Below, piece after piece: positions 48,711 to 58,198 of a stretch of 64,000 nucleotides of DNA (its first letter is position 1; every line of letters starts with the position of its first letter). The position numbers were made by a program, and so were the translations under genes. Under the pieces are notes generated by a model, which was given only the letters and a program-made list of their open reading frames with translations, was not told the DNA's origin and searched no databases. This stretch comes from Candidatus Magasanikiibacteriota bacterium (GTDB lineage Bacteria; Patescibacteriota; Patescibacteriia; Magasanikbacterales; GWA2-37-8): positions 72,056 to 136,055 of the forward strand of contig JBAYHH010000001.1 of the NCBI GenBank assembly GCA_041666265.1, in the 5' to 3' direction.

Positions 48711-50825
48711 ATGGTTGAGGAGGCACCAAACAATCCAACGCCGGCGAAACCGGTGGTCAAAGTTGATTCCGAAATCAACTATTTTGGCATGACTAATTTT
48801 CGCAATCAGAATCGTCGCTTTGGCATCAAAATCGACGATCGCCGCCGTCACATGTATACCGTCGGCAAGACCGGTATGGGCAAGACCACCATGTTGGAAA
48901 ACATGGTGCTCAATGATATTTATGCCGGTCATGGCGTGGGCGTGGTGGATCCGCATGGTGATTTTGCCGAAAAAATCATCGACTTTATTCCGCCCGAACG
49001 CATCAACGATGTTGTCTATTTCAATCCGGCCGACATGGACTACCCGATCGGTTTTAATATTTTGGAAACGATTCGTCCCGAGCAAAAACACCTGGTCGCC
49101 TCCGGTCTCATGGGCGTATTTAAAAAAATCTGGCCTGATGTCTGGAGCGCCCGCATGGAATACATTTTAAATAATACTTTGCTCGCTCTCCTGGATTTTC
49201 CGGGCACGACTTTACTTGGCATCAATCGCTTGCTCGCGGACCCGGAATACCGCGGGCGCGTGATCGGCAATCTCAAAGACCCGATTGTGAAGTCGTTTTG
49301 GAACACGGAGTTTGCCGGCTACAATGATCGTTACAAGCAAGAAGCGGTGGCACCGATCCAAAATAAAATCGGGCAATTTATGTCGGCGTCAGTGATCCGA
49401 AATATCGTGGCGCAAGTCAAATCGCGCATCAACATTCGCGAGATCATGGACACGCGCAAGATCCTCATCATGAATCTTTCCAAAGGACGCATTGGCGAAG
49501 ACAACTCGCGCTTGCTCGGCGGTATGCTGATCACCAAGATTCAGCTCGCCGCCATGGAGCGCGTCGATACCCCCGAGAAAGATCGCAAAGATTTCTTTTT
49601 GTATGTCGATGAGTTTCAGAATTTCGCGACCGAGAGTTTTTCCAATATTTTGTCCGAAGCGCGCAAATACCGTTTGGCATTGATCATGGCGCATCAATAC
49701 ATGGAGCAGCTTGAAGAGGAAGTGCTCGCCGCCGTCATCGGTAATGTGGGCACGATTGTTTCGTTTCGCGTCGGCTCGACCGATGCCGAGATTTTAGCCA
49801 AAGAATTTATCCCCACATTTTTGGAAACCGATATTGTAAATTTGGCGAAATATCAAGTATTTTTGAAATTAATGATCGACGGTATTTCGTCCCAACCATT
49901 TTCGGCCATGACATTGCCGCCGATTTTTTCTCAATCGCAACATAGCGCCGAAAAAGTGATCAAAGTTTCGCGCGAACGCTATGCGGTACCCAAAGAAAAA
50001 ATTGAAAATAAAATTGCGCGCTGGAGTGGAATGACCGATGGGGTGGATGATGACGATGAAGATGGTGATGGCATGGGAAATCTTCCGCCGGTGACATCGG
50101 TACCGAAGCCAGCGACAACGAGAGTCGAGGCGCCACGGCCGTCATTTAATAAACCGGCGCCCGTTCGGTCGGCGCCGGCCTCCCGACCACCATTTTCGCG
50201 TAGTCCGCAACCGCGCCCGCCACAAAATATTTCTACGCCCAAAAATATTAGTTTTTCACCGCCACCGGTCAAATCCGGACGGCAAGATAAAAATATTTAT
50301 CAGCGTCCGCCATCAGCGCCTGTTAAAAATCAACAACCGCAAAAACAATTCGTTAAGCCTGCCCCCAAACAAAATGATATTCCGGTGAGTGCTAGCGAGC
50401 CGATTGTTCTCGTGGATACCGCGCAAAAAGGACTTTCTCTGGCCGATGCTTTTAAACCGCGTGAGTCAGCTGTCAAAAAAGAAAATAAACGATCGAATTT
50501 TGTATCTGATACCAGCATAGAAAACGATCAACGCGATGCTACCGCTAAGGCATTGAACAAACAAATTGAACAAACGCCCAACCGCGATGATCACGGCAAT
50601 CTGATGTCCCAGCCGATTAAGCTCTCGTTACCCAAGCCGAATTCATCCACCGCTGTCATTTTGAGCCCTGCCTACCGGCAGGCAGGTGAAACGAAGAATC
50701 TCTCGTCGTCGCAATCTCCCAAGCCCGCCAATCAAAAGACCGACCGACCGACGATTATCCAGCCGGGCGTGGTCACCAAGGTCGAAAATAATGACGAAGA
50801 TGACGCTTGGCGATATGATAAATAA
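48711..50825 (+). CDS. Second VirB4/TraG-like ATPase with long Pro-rich low-complexity tail
   Basis: DRRRHMY.VGKTGMGKT, DPHGD, VDEFQNF, SEARKY. Confidence 0.85.
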   Translation: MVEEAPNNPTPAKPVVKVDSEINYFGMTNFRNQNRRFGIKIDDRRRHMYTVGKTGMGKTTMLENMVLNDIYAGHGVGVVDPHGDFAEKIIDFIPPERINDVVYFNPADMDYPIGFNILETIRPEQKHLVASGLMGVFKKIWPDVWSARMEYILNNTLLALLDFPGTTLLGINRLLADPEYRGRVIGNLKDPIVKSFWNTEFAGYNDRYKQEAVAPIQNKIGQFMSASVIRNIVAQVKSRINIREIMDTRKILIMNLSKGRIGEDNSRLLGGMLITKIQLAAMERVDTPEKDRKDFFLYVDEFQNFATESFSNILSEARKYRLALIMAHQYMEQLEEEVLAAVIGNVGTIVSFRVGSTDAEILAKEFIPTFLETDIVNLAKYQVFLKLMIDGISSQPFSAMTLPPIFSQSQHSAEKVIKVSRERYAVPKEKIENKIARWSGMTDGVDDDDEDGDGMGNLPPVTSVPKPATTRVEAPRPSFNKPAPVRSAPASRPPFSRSPQPRPPQNISTPKNISFSPPPVKSGRQDKNIYQRPPSAPVKNQQPQKQFVKPAPKQNDIPVSASEPIVLVDTAQKGLSLADAFKPRESAVKKENKRSNFVSDTSIENDQRDATAKALNKQIEQTPNRDDHGNLMSQPIKLSLPKPNSSTAVILSPAYRQAGETKNLSSSQSPKPANQKTDRPTIIQPGVVTKVENNDEDDAWRYDK
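50654..50701 (+). repeat. REP-like element with nested 20-bp palindrome, inside CDS
   Basis: TGTCATTTTGAG-C-CCTGCCTACCGGCAGGCAGG-TGAAACGAAGAATCT. Confidence 0.75.
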
Positions 50826-50831
50826 GCCTTG

Positions 50832-50858
50832 AAATCCGAGCCCCCAAGCTCGGATTTT
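50832..50858 (+). terminator. Intrinsic terminator
   Basis: AAATCCGAGC-CCCCAA-GCTCGGATTTT. Confidence 0.75.
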
Positions 50859-50898
50859 GGTGTTGCATAGAAAAGAAAATTTAGATATAATGTACTCT

Positions 50899-51900
50899 AT
50901 GTCTCACATCAAATTTTTCAAGCAAATTTCCAAAGCCGATGTCGCCATCGCCGGCGGCAAGGGAGCGAGCCTCGGCGAGATGACGCAGGCGAAAATTCCG
51001 GTTCCGCCCGGTTTTGTGATCCTCGCCGGCGCGTTTGATCGTTTTTTGACGGAAACCGGATTAAACCAAGAAATCAAGGCGCGCCTCAAAGAAGTGAGTC
51101 TCGACGATACTAATTCCATCGATAAGGCCAGCAATGTGATTCGCGATGTCATCCACGATCGTCCTTTTCCCAAAGATTTGGCCAAAGAAATTTTGGACGC
51201 ATATGATAAATTGATTAGCTCGGATAATAAAAAGATCCTTCGTGTTGCTCAGGATGACAGGTGTTTAGTCGCTGTGCGCAGCAGCGCTACCGCCGAAGAT
51301 GGCGCGGTGGCGAGTTGGGCGGGTGAGCTCGAAACATATCTCAATACTTCTAAGAAGGATTTGATTGTGCGTGTGCGCGAGTGTTGGTCATCATTATTTA
51401 CATCACGCGCGATTTTTTATCGCCATGAAAAAAAGCTGATTGATCACGATGTCTCGGTCGCGGTAGTGGTGCAAGCGATGATCCAAAGTGAGATCTCCGG
51501 CATCGCGTTTACCGTGCATCCGGTTACCGAAGACCCCAACCAAATGATAATTGAGGCCGGCTATGGATTGGGCGAGGCGATTGTGTCGGGGCAAATAACC
51601 CCGGATAGTTATGTGATCGGTAAAAAAGATTTGAATATTATCGATATCAGTATTGGCGAGCAGACGAGGCAATTGGTTAAATTAAAATCAAAAAACGCTG
51701 ATGGCGAATCTAATGGGTGGGTCGAACTGGGACCCGAAGGCGTAAAACAAAAATTATCCGAAAAGCAAATCATCGCGTTGGCCAAAATATGTCAAAAAAT
51801 TGAAAACCATTACGGTTTTCCTTGCGATATCGAGTGGGCGTTTGCCGGCGGTAAATTTTATATTACCCAAAGCCGTCCGATCACTACTTTAAAAAAATAA
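50899..51900 (+). CDS. PEP synthase/PPDK N-terminal nucleotide-binding domain (stand-alone)
   Basis: GGKGASLGEM, VPPGF, AVRSSATAED, GLGEAIVSG, DIEW, QSRPITT then stop. Confidence 0.88.
   Translation: MSHIKFFKQISKADVAIAGGKGASLGEMTQAKIPVPPGFVILAGAFDRFLTETGLNQEIKARLKEVSLDDTNSIDKASNVIRDVIHDRPFPKDLAKEILDAYDKLISSDNKKILRVAQDDRCLVAVRSSATAEDGAVASWAGELETYLNTSKKDLIVRVRECWSSLFTSRAIFYRHEKKLIDHDVSVAVVVQAMIQSEISGIAFTVHPVTEDPNQMIIEAGYGLGEAIVSGQITPDSYVIGKKDLNIIDISIGEQTRQLVKLKSKNADGESNGWVELGPEGVKQKLSEKQIIALAKICQKIENHYGFPCDIEWAFAGGKFYITQSRPITTLKK
51233..51259 (-). repeat. REP-like element inside CDS
   Basis: Reverse complement TGTCATCCTGAGCAACACGAAGGATCT resembles the 50654 element without its insert. Confidence 0.7.
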
Positions 51901-51909
51901 TTTTCATTC

Positions 51910-52734
51910 ATGTCAATATTACACGCCATTGTTTTTGGTATGGTCGAGGGAATCACCGAATTTTTGCCGATTTCATCGACCGGCCATCTGATCTTGACCG
52001 CGGATATATTACGCCTGCCATCAAATGAGTTTCAAAAAAGTTTTGAAATTATTATTCAGTTGGGCGCGATTTTGGCGGTGGTGGTTTGGTATTGGAAAAA
52101 ATTATGGCAGTGGGAAACGATCGCAAAATTAGCGGTCGCTTTCGCGCCCACCGCAGTTTTGGGATTGGCGTTTTACCGCGTCATCAAGCATTTTTTATTG
52201 GGCAATACCATGGTGGTGTTGGGTGCGTTGTTTCTGGGTGGGGTTTTTTTGGTAGTTTTTGAGTGGTATTTAGGACAGCGCTTAAATCGTCCGTTAAGTA
52301 TTTCGAAAGACAAAGTCGAGCCGGCATTATTGATACTGTCCGATACTAACAGTATTCAAACTGTTGGTTATCTTCAATCATTTATTATCGGTTTGTTTCA
52401 ATCAATCGCGATGATTCCAGGAGTATCGCGTAGCGCCGCCACCATTGTTGGCGGGTTAATTTTAGGTTTAAATCGTCAGACTATTGTTGAGTTTTCCTTT
52501 CTTTTGGCTGTGCCCACCATGCTCGCGGCCAGTTGTTTGGATATTTATAAATCAGCCGGCAGTTTTGCGGGCGCCGACTATTGGGCATTGGGTGTTGGTT
52601 TTGTGGTTTCATTTTTTGTTGCTTTGGCGGTTATTCAATGGCTTTTGAAATATATTCAAAAAAACTCTTTTATTTCTTTTGGAGTGTATCGTATTATTAT
52701 CGCGGTGTTATTTTGGGTTGTCCTGATATTGTAG
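51910..52734 (+). CDS. uppP: Undecaprenyl-diphosphate phosphatase
   Basis: VEGITEFLPISSTGHL, PGVSRS. Confidence 0.95.
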   Translation: MSILHAIVFGMVEGITEFLPISSTGHLILTADILRLPSNEFQKSFEIIIQLGAILAVVVWYWKKLWQWETIAKLAVAFAPTAVLGLAFYRVIKHFLLGNTMVVLGALFLGGVFLVVFEWYLGQRLNRPLSISKDKVEPALLILSDTNSIQTVGYLQSFIIGLFQSIAMIPGVSRSAATIVGGLILGLNRQTIVEFSFLLAVPTMLAASCLDIYKSAGSFAGADYWALGVGFVVSFFVALAVIQWLLKYIQKNSFISFGVYRIIIAVLFWVVLIL

Positions 52735-52739
52735 TTGAT

Positions 52740-53492
52740 ATGTTTTCCGCTGATGATGTTTCGACAATACACCGTGAATTGCAGAGAATTTTTTATAATG
52801 GAAAAGTATATTTGGGCGGAAGTTATTTGTATAATGAAGCGAATCAAGACAGCGATGTTGATTTCTATTTCGTCGGATCAATCTTCGCTTGTTTTTTTCA
52901 TAAACGCCAAAAAGCCAGGGTGGCTGATTTAAAAACTCGCTACCCGTATTTTTCTATCATGCTTTTGCCGAAGTTATCGGTTAGGTTCGGTATTTTTTAT
53001 TTTTACGGGCGTGATCTTGACGGTCGATTGCGTTATGCCACGCCCAATAAACGATTGGTAATCGGCAATTGTATTAAATTTGCATATTTTAATTATTTGC
53101 GTAGTTTGCTTGGTAGTGCCAAAAGCGGACGCTGTCTGCGCAAATCCTATTTACAGCTGGCGGCCGCTCGCTGTATCGCGAGTGATCCGGATTATCGCGA
53201 ACCAATATTTTCGCGCCAGTATTTGCGCGCGCACGGGTATTGGTATGAGGGGGAATTTTGCGATTTTGTTGATCAGCTTACTCTAAGTTTGAATAAATAT
53301 CTTGGTTTTTCATGGTTGAATTACATTATTTACAATGTTCGTTTCGGTCTGTTGGGGAATTTTGAATTCATCGGCCGCAATCCCGATCGCTGGATCGTGG
53401 GCTGTCTTCAAGAGGGCTTGAAAGATAATCGAAATTTTGATAAACTCTTGGAGCGCATCCGGCGCGTGATTTTTCCGGTAATTATCTTATGA
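52740..53492 (+). CDS. Nucleotidyltransferase (Pol-beta superfamily) domain protein
   Basis: YLGGSY...DSDVDF. Confidence 0.65.
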   Translation: MFSADDVSTIHRELQRIFYNGKVYLGGSYLYNEANQDSDVDFYFVGSIFACFFHKRQKARVADLKTRYPYFSIMLLPKLSVRFGIFYFYGRDLDGRLRYATPNKRLVIGNCIKFAYFNYLRSLLGSAKSGRCLRKSYLQLAAARCIASDPDYREPIFSRQYLRAHGYWYEGEFCDFVDQLTLSLNKYLGFSWLNYIIYNVRFGLLGNFEFIGRNPDRWIVGCLQEGLKDNRNFDKLLERIRRVIFPVIIL

Positions 53493-54616
53493 ATTATATT
53501 TTGCATGTCGATGAAATTTTTCTCAAAGGCAATAATCAGCCCTTTTTTTATCGCGCCCTGATCAGTAATTTATTAAATACTTTCGCCGGTGTGGAGGTAA
53601 AAAGGATCGAGGGGGGAGTATGGCTCAAAAATCTAAGCGAGAATGATTTGGATATTTTAAAATGCTTTCCCGGCGTGGCCAATTTTGCCCTGGCGGAAAA
53701 ATGCGAAACCGGCATCGAAAATATCAAAATAGCTGTTGATAAATTACTGGTCGGCGATGAATATCGGACTTTTCGGGTCTCGGCCAATCGTTCTGACAAA
53801 AAATATCCGTTGACCTCGGGCGAGATTGAACGAGCGATCGGCCAGTATATAGGTGAAAAGTATCATTGGAAAGTTGACTTGAAAAAATTTGATCAAGAAA
53901 TCAATATCAATGTCGGGTCTGATGGGGCCATAGTATATGGAAATTTAATCGAAGGAGCCGGTGGTTTACCGGTGGGCACTACCGGCAAAGTGCTGTGCCT
54001 TTTGTCCGGCGGCATTGATAGTCCGGTGGCCGCTTATGAAATGATGAAACGGGGGGCGGAAGTGGCATTTGTCCATTTCATGAATCAAACCGCCGTCAGC
54101 GAGTCAGTTGGTGAAAAAATTTTTGATTTAGTGCGCCTGCTCGCTCGATTTCAGGGCCGGTCGCGTTTGTTTGTTGTTCCATTTGCTGATCTGCAAAAAG
54201 AAGTGGTAATGAAAGTGCCGTCCGGTTATCGCATGATTATCAATCGTCGCCTATTTTTACGAATAGCGGAAAAGATCGCGCAAAACGAAAAATGCCTGGC
54301 TTTGGTCACGGGGGATAGTCTGGGTCAGGTGGCTTCGCAAACTTTGGAAAATATGAGCGCGATTCAAAGCGCTTCCGCCATGCTCAAGCTGTCGCCACTG
54401 GTCGGGACCAATAAACGAGAGATAATTAATCGCGCTCGCGCTATCAAAACACTGGATATTTCCCACCGTCCCTACGAGGATTGCTGCAGTTTGTTTGTGG
54501 CCAAACACCCCGAGACCAAAGCGAAGCCTTTGGTCATAGAAAAGATTGAACAGAATCTTGATTTTACCCGGCTTGACAAAATTCAACCTATATCATACTA
54601 TATTAGTAGTAATTAA
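53489..54616 (+). CDS. thiI: tRNA 4-thiouridine synthase
   Basis: EIFLKG.N, THUMP region, LLSGGIDSPVA, GQVASQT, EDCC. Confidence 0.93.
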   Translation: MNYILHVDEIFLKGNNQPFFYRALISNLLNTFAGVEVKRIEGGVWLKNLSENDLDILKCFPGVANFALAEKCETGIENIKIAVDKLLVGDEYRTFRVSANRSDKKYPLTSGEIERAIGQYIGEKYHWKVDLKKFDQEININVGSDGAIVYGNLIEGAGGLPVGTTGKVLCLLSGGIDSPVAAYEMMKRGAEVAFVHFMNQTAVSESVGEKIFDLVRLLARFQGRSRLFVVPFADLQKEVVMKVPSGYRMIINRRLFLRIAEKIAQNEKCLALVTGDSLGQVASQTLENMSAIQSASAMLKLSPLVGTNKREIINRARAIKTLDISHRPYEDCCSLFVAKHPETKAKPLVIEKIEQNLDFTRLDKIQPISYYISSN

Positions 54617-54622
54617 CAAACT

Positions 54623-55213
54623 ATGAATGAAATCGTCTTTGACATTGAAACGCAAAATACCTTCGCGGAAGTGGACAATGATTTTAAAAAATTTAAAATT
54701 TCCGTAGTTTCGATTTATAGCTATGCCACCGATGTTTATCAAAGCTTTACCGAACACGAATTGACGAAACTTTGGCCGATACTTGAGCGCGCCGATCGCA
54801 TCATCGGGTACAATAGCGAGCATTTCGATTTGCCGATTTTACACAATTATTATCTCGGGCATCTGGACCAGATACCCCATCTGGATATCATGAAATGCGT
54901 GAAGGAGGCTCTCGGCTTTCGATTAAAGCTCGATGACTTGGCTCAAGCCACCCTGGATGGGGTGCAAAAGAGCGCTGACGGGCTTCAGGCCATTCGCTGG
55001 TATCGCGAGGGAAAAATCGATGAGATCAAGAAATATTGTGAAATGGATGTCAAAATAACCAAGGAAATTTACGATTTTGGCCGAGCCAACAAACAATTGT
55101 TTTATAAAAATTTAAAAGGAGAAGAAATTCCTTTTGCCGTGAATTTTGAACCGGTCAAAAATTCATCCGATCATTCCATGGCCAATAAGATCAATTTAAC
55201 ATTGCCGTTTTAA
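54623..55213 (+). CDS. RNase_H_2/YprB-like DEDD exonuclease domain protein
   Basis: FDIET, GYN..HFD, YCEMDV. Confidence 0.85.
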   Translation: MNEIVFDIETQNTFAEVDNDFKKFKISVVSIYSYATDVYQSFTEHELTKLWPILERADRIIGYNSEHFDLPILHNYYLGHLDQIPHLDIMKCVKEALGFRLKLDDLAQATLDGVQKSADGLQAIRWYREGKIDEIKKYCEMDVKITKEIYDFGRANKQLFYKNLKGEEIPFAVNFEPVKNSSDHSMANKINLTLPF

Positions 55214-55214
55214 T

Positions 55215-55604
55215 ATGTTGTCACTGCGTCGCGAGACCGAATACGCTGTCCAGATGTTGCGCGTCTTGTCAAAATCAAATAAAGACACCAGCCTAAAAGA
55301 TGTTTCCGAAGAAATCGGCGCGTCATTTTTATTTTTGCAAAAAATCGCGCGCAAACTTCGGCAAGCTAAATTGATCAGTGCCGGCAAAGGCGTCAATGGC
55401 GGTTATAGTTTATTGATTTCGCCAAAAAAATTATCTTTGGGTAAAATTATCGCGGTTACCGAGAATGCTTGCGAGCTTTTGCCGTGTTGTCAGAAGAAAT
55501 TTTTATGTTCCAAATCAAAAAATTGCGCGCTTAAAGGCAAGGTTTTGAAAGTTAACGACGCGCTTAATTCCATGTTGGCAAAAATTAAATTAAGCGACCT
55601 GTAA
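55215..55604 (+). CDS. Rrf2-family regulator (IscR-like)
   Basis: EYAV, G.NGGY.L, Cys-rich C-terminus; precedes iscS. Confidence 0.88.
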   Translation: MLSLRRETEYAVQMLRVLSKSNKDTSLKDVSEEIGASFLFLQKIARKLRQAKLISAGKGVNGGYSLLISPKKLSLGKIIAVTENACELLPCCQKKFLCSKSKNCALKGKVLKVNDALNSMLAKIKLSDL

Positions 55605-55605
55605 T

Positions 55606-56838
55606 ATGTTGGCCAAACCAAAGAAAATTAAAAGTATTTATCTCGATCACGCGGCGACGACCTATGTGGATCCGCGCGTTTTAGAGTCGATGATGCCGTA
55701 TTTTACCAAAAATTTTGGCAATCCGTCCTCGCTTTATCGCAAAGGGCGCGAAGCTAATGGCGCGGTTAATGACGCGCGTCGATCAGCGGCGAGCATTTTT
55801 CACGCGCTTCCGGAAAATATTATTTTTACCGGCGGGGGCACCGAATCAGATAATTTGGCGATTTTTGGCGTAGCGCGGGCGCATTCCACCAAAGGCAAGC
55901 ATATTGTTTCGACACCCATCGAGCATCATGCTGTCCTGCACGCTCTTGACGACCTAAAAAAACAAGGCTGGGAAATTACTTATTTAAAAGTGGACAAGGA
56001 TGGTCAAATTGACCCGCACGCAGTAATTCAAGCAATTCGCCCTGATACAGTATTGATCTCTATCATGTATGCCAATAATGAAATCGGCACGATTGAGCCG
56101 ATTGCCGAGATTGGACGAGCGCTTTTGAAATATCGTCAAGCCAATAATACACCGTATCCGTATTTTCATAGCGATGCTTGTCAGGCGGCCGGATATTTGA
56201 GTCTGGATGTTGAAAAACTACATGTTGATTTGATGACGATCAATGGCAGTAAAATTTACGGTCCCAAAGGAGCGGGGGTATTATATGTGCGTCGCGGGGT
56301 CAAGGTGTCGCCATTGATTGTGGGCGGGGGACAAGAACGCCGTCTGCGCGCCGGCACGGAAAATGTTCCCGGTATCGTCGGGTTGGCTCGAGCGCTTGAA
56401 ATGGCGCATCAGAACGCTGAAAAAGAAAGCGCGCGCGTGCGTGATTTGACCAAAAAATTGTGGAGTGAAATTCAGAATTCGATCACCCATGTGAAACTCA
56501 ATGGGCCCGAAATTGGCGAGGCGCGCCTACCCAACAATCTCAATGTCACTTTTCTCGATGTTGAGGGGGAGGCGATGTTACTTTACCTCGATGAATATGG
56601 GGTGATGTGTTCGACCGGGTCGGCGTGTACTTCCGAGTCGCTCGAGCCCTCGCATGTGCTTTCCGCTTTGGGGTTGCCCTACGAATACGCCCATGGCAGT
56701 ATCAGATTTTCATTCGGTCATTGCAATTCGGAGTTGGAAATCAAATACCTGATGAAATACTTGCCGGCAATAGTGGCGCAATTGCGCGAAATGAGCCCGA
56801 CCAATATTACCGGTGAAAAACATGCTCGCTATAAATAA
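55606..56838 (+). CDS. iscS: Cysteine desulfurase
   Basis: YLDHAATT, GNPSS, KIYGPKG, STGSACTS. Confidence 0.93.
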   Translation: MLAKPKKIKSIYLDHAATTYVDPRVLESMMPYFTKNFGNPSSLYRKGREANGAVNDARRSAASIFHALPENIIFTGGGTESDNLAIFGVARAHSTKGKHIVSTPIEHHAVLHALDDLKKQGWEITYLKVDKDGQIDPHAVIQAIRPDTVLISIMYANNEIGTIEPIAEIGRALLKYRQANNTPYPYFHSDACQAAGYLSLDVEKLHVDLMTINGSKIYGPKGAGVLYVRRGVKVSPLIVGGGQERRLRAGTENVPGIVGLARALEMAHQNAEKESARVRDLTKKLWSEIQNSITHVKLNGPEIGEARLPNNLNVTFLDVEGEAMLLYLDEYGVMCSTGSACTSESLEPSHVLSALGLPYEYAHGSIRFSFGHCNSELEIKYLMKYLPAIVAQLREMSPTNITGEKHARYK

Positions 56839-56842
56839 TATT

Positions 56843-57523
56843 ATGCCCAATAAATCAATTAAACAAGAAAATTTGTCCGCGCCCGTCGATATCCGTTCTC
56901 AAGATGGCGGTGGCTGGCTTTATTCCGATATCGTCAAAGATCATTTTTTTAATCCGCGCAATTTCATGCATTATGGAGAGGAAGAGAAGTTTGAATTTAA
57001 CGGCCTGGGTCGGGTCGGCAGTCCGGCTTGCGGTGATGAGATGGTGCTGTGGATTTGGGTGGATAAAAAATCTGACAAAATAAAAAATTGTCGTTGGCGA
57101 ACTTTTGGATGTGGTAGCGCTATCGCGTCGACCAGCGTGCTTTCGGAAATGATCATAGAAAATGACGGAATGTCAGTCAAAAAAGCCTTGGAAATCAAAC
57201 CGCAAGATATTTTGGCGCGTTTGGGAGGGTTGCCGGATCGCAAAATTCATTGTTCTGTCTTGGGTGACAAAGCGCTTCAGGCCGCGGTCAATGATTTTTT
57301 TCGTAATACCGATCAGCACGATCGGGTGGTGACAGCCGGCGCCAAAGTGATCGATGCCGATTTGCATATCACCGATCATGATATCGAAGAAGCGGTGCTG
57401 GAAGGCGCGCAAACACTCGAAGATTTGCAGAAAAAACTGAAAGTAGGCGTGATTAACAAACAATCAATTCCTCAAATTGAGGATTTATTAAGATTTTATC
57501 AAGAAAAATACTATGGGAACTAA
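56843..57523 (+). CDS. iscU: IscU/NifU-like scaffold with degenerate BFD-like C-terminal domain
   Basis: YSD.V.DHF.NPRN, GSPACGD, FGCGSAIAS, KIHCS. Confidence 0.88.
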   Translation: MPNKSIKQENLSAPVDIRSQDGGGWLYSDIVKDHFFNPRNFMHYGEEEKFEFNGLGRVGSPACGDEMVLWIWVDKKSDKIKNCRWRTFGCGSAIASTSVLSEMIIENDGMSVKKALEIKPQDILARLGGLPDRKIHCSVLGDKALQAAVNDFFRNTDQHDRVVTAGAKVIDADLHITDHDIEEAVLEGAQTLEDLQKKLKVGVINKQSIPQIEDLLRFYQEKYYGN

Positions 57524-57692
57524 AATAGATAAAGAAAAGTGTATTGGCTGTGGCACCTGTGTGGCGCTCTGTCCCAATGTTTTTAAAATGGAAGACGACG
57601 GCAAAGCGATTGTTCTTGATGAGGCGGGCGATACTGCCGACAACATCAAAATGGCGAGTGACTCATGTCCGACCCAAGCCATCAGCGCTTAA
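57513..57692 (+). CDS. fdx: Monocluster ferredoxin (59 aa, absent from ORF track)
   Basis: MGTKIDKEKCIGCGTCVALCPNVF...SCPTQAISA. Confidence 0.92.
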   Translation: MGTKIDKEKCIGCGTCVALCPNVFKMEDDGKAIVLDEAGDTADNIKMASDSCPTQAISA

Positions 57693-57791
57693 GGTTGGGT
57701 TTTAAAAAATACGCGATTTTGTTGCGTATTTTTTTATTTATGATAAACTATAATCGGCGTTCTTTTATTAACCTCGAATCGGGAGCGGAAA

Positions 57792-58124
57792 ATGGAGGGT
57801 GGCCCGCAACCGAAAAGGGCTCCGATTTCCAAAGCGACCTTCTTGTCGCTTCACAAGGGTGATTTGATGGTTGGCTTGCGCCACCGTTATTTGGTGCGAA
57901 GCCATCCCGGCTTCACGACCCGCAGTGAATACATCGGTCTTTGCTGGGTCAAAGTCGGCACCCACAACGAAGCCACCGGAGAGACGGTTTGGGAGGAAGG
58001 GGCCGAGGGCTTGGCTTGGGACAAAGAGCGTGACTGTATCGTCGATGTCTTTGCTGATCGTGGCAAGGAAATCTGCGTCGATCTCACGCCCGGGGTCGCG
58101 GAAGCTTGGCTTTTCGCGGCCTGA
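57792..58124 (+). CDS. Hypothetical protein (110 aa)
   Basis: GGGAG SD, upstream TATAAT, downstream hairpin ATGGGCGC/GCGCCCAT. Confidence 0.6.
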   Translation: MEGGPQPKRAPISKATFLSLHKGDLMVGLRHRYLVRSHPGFTTRSEYIGLCWVKVGTHNEATGETVWEEGAEGLAWDKERDCIVDVFADRGKEICVDLTPGVAEAWLFAA

Positions 58125-58198
58125 CCAAGGCAAGACAAATTTAATTTCGGGTACCATGGGCGCGCACGGAGGGCGCCCATTACTAAAATTCAGCCATT

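Noticed and set aside
50899-51900. PEP synthase N-domain as a pseudogene
   Set aside because: Ends cleanly at the domain boundary (QSRPITT) and has its own promoter; more consistent with a split enzyme
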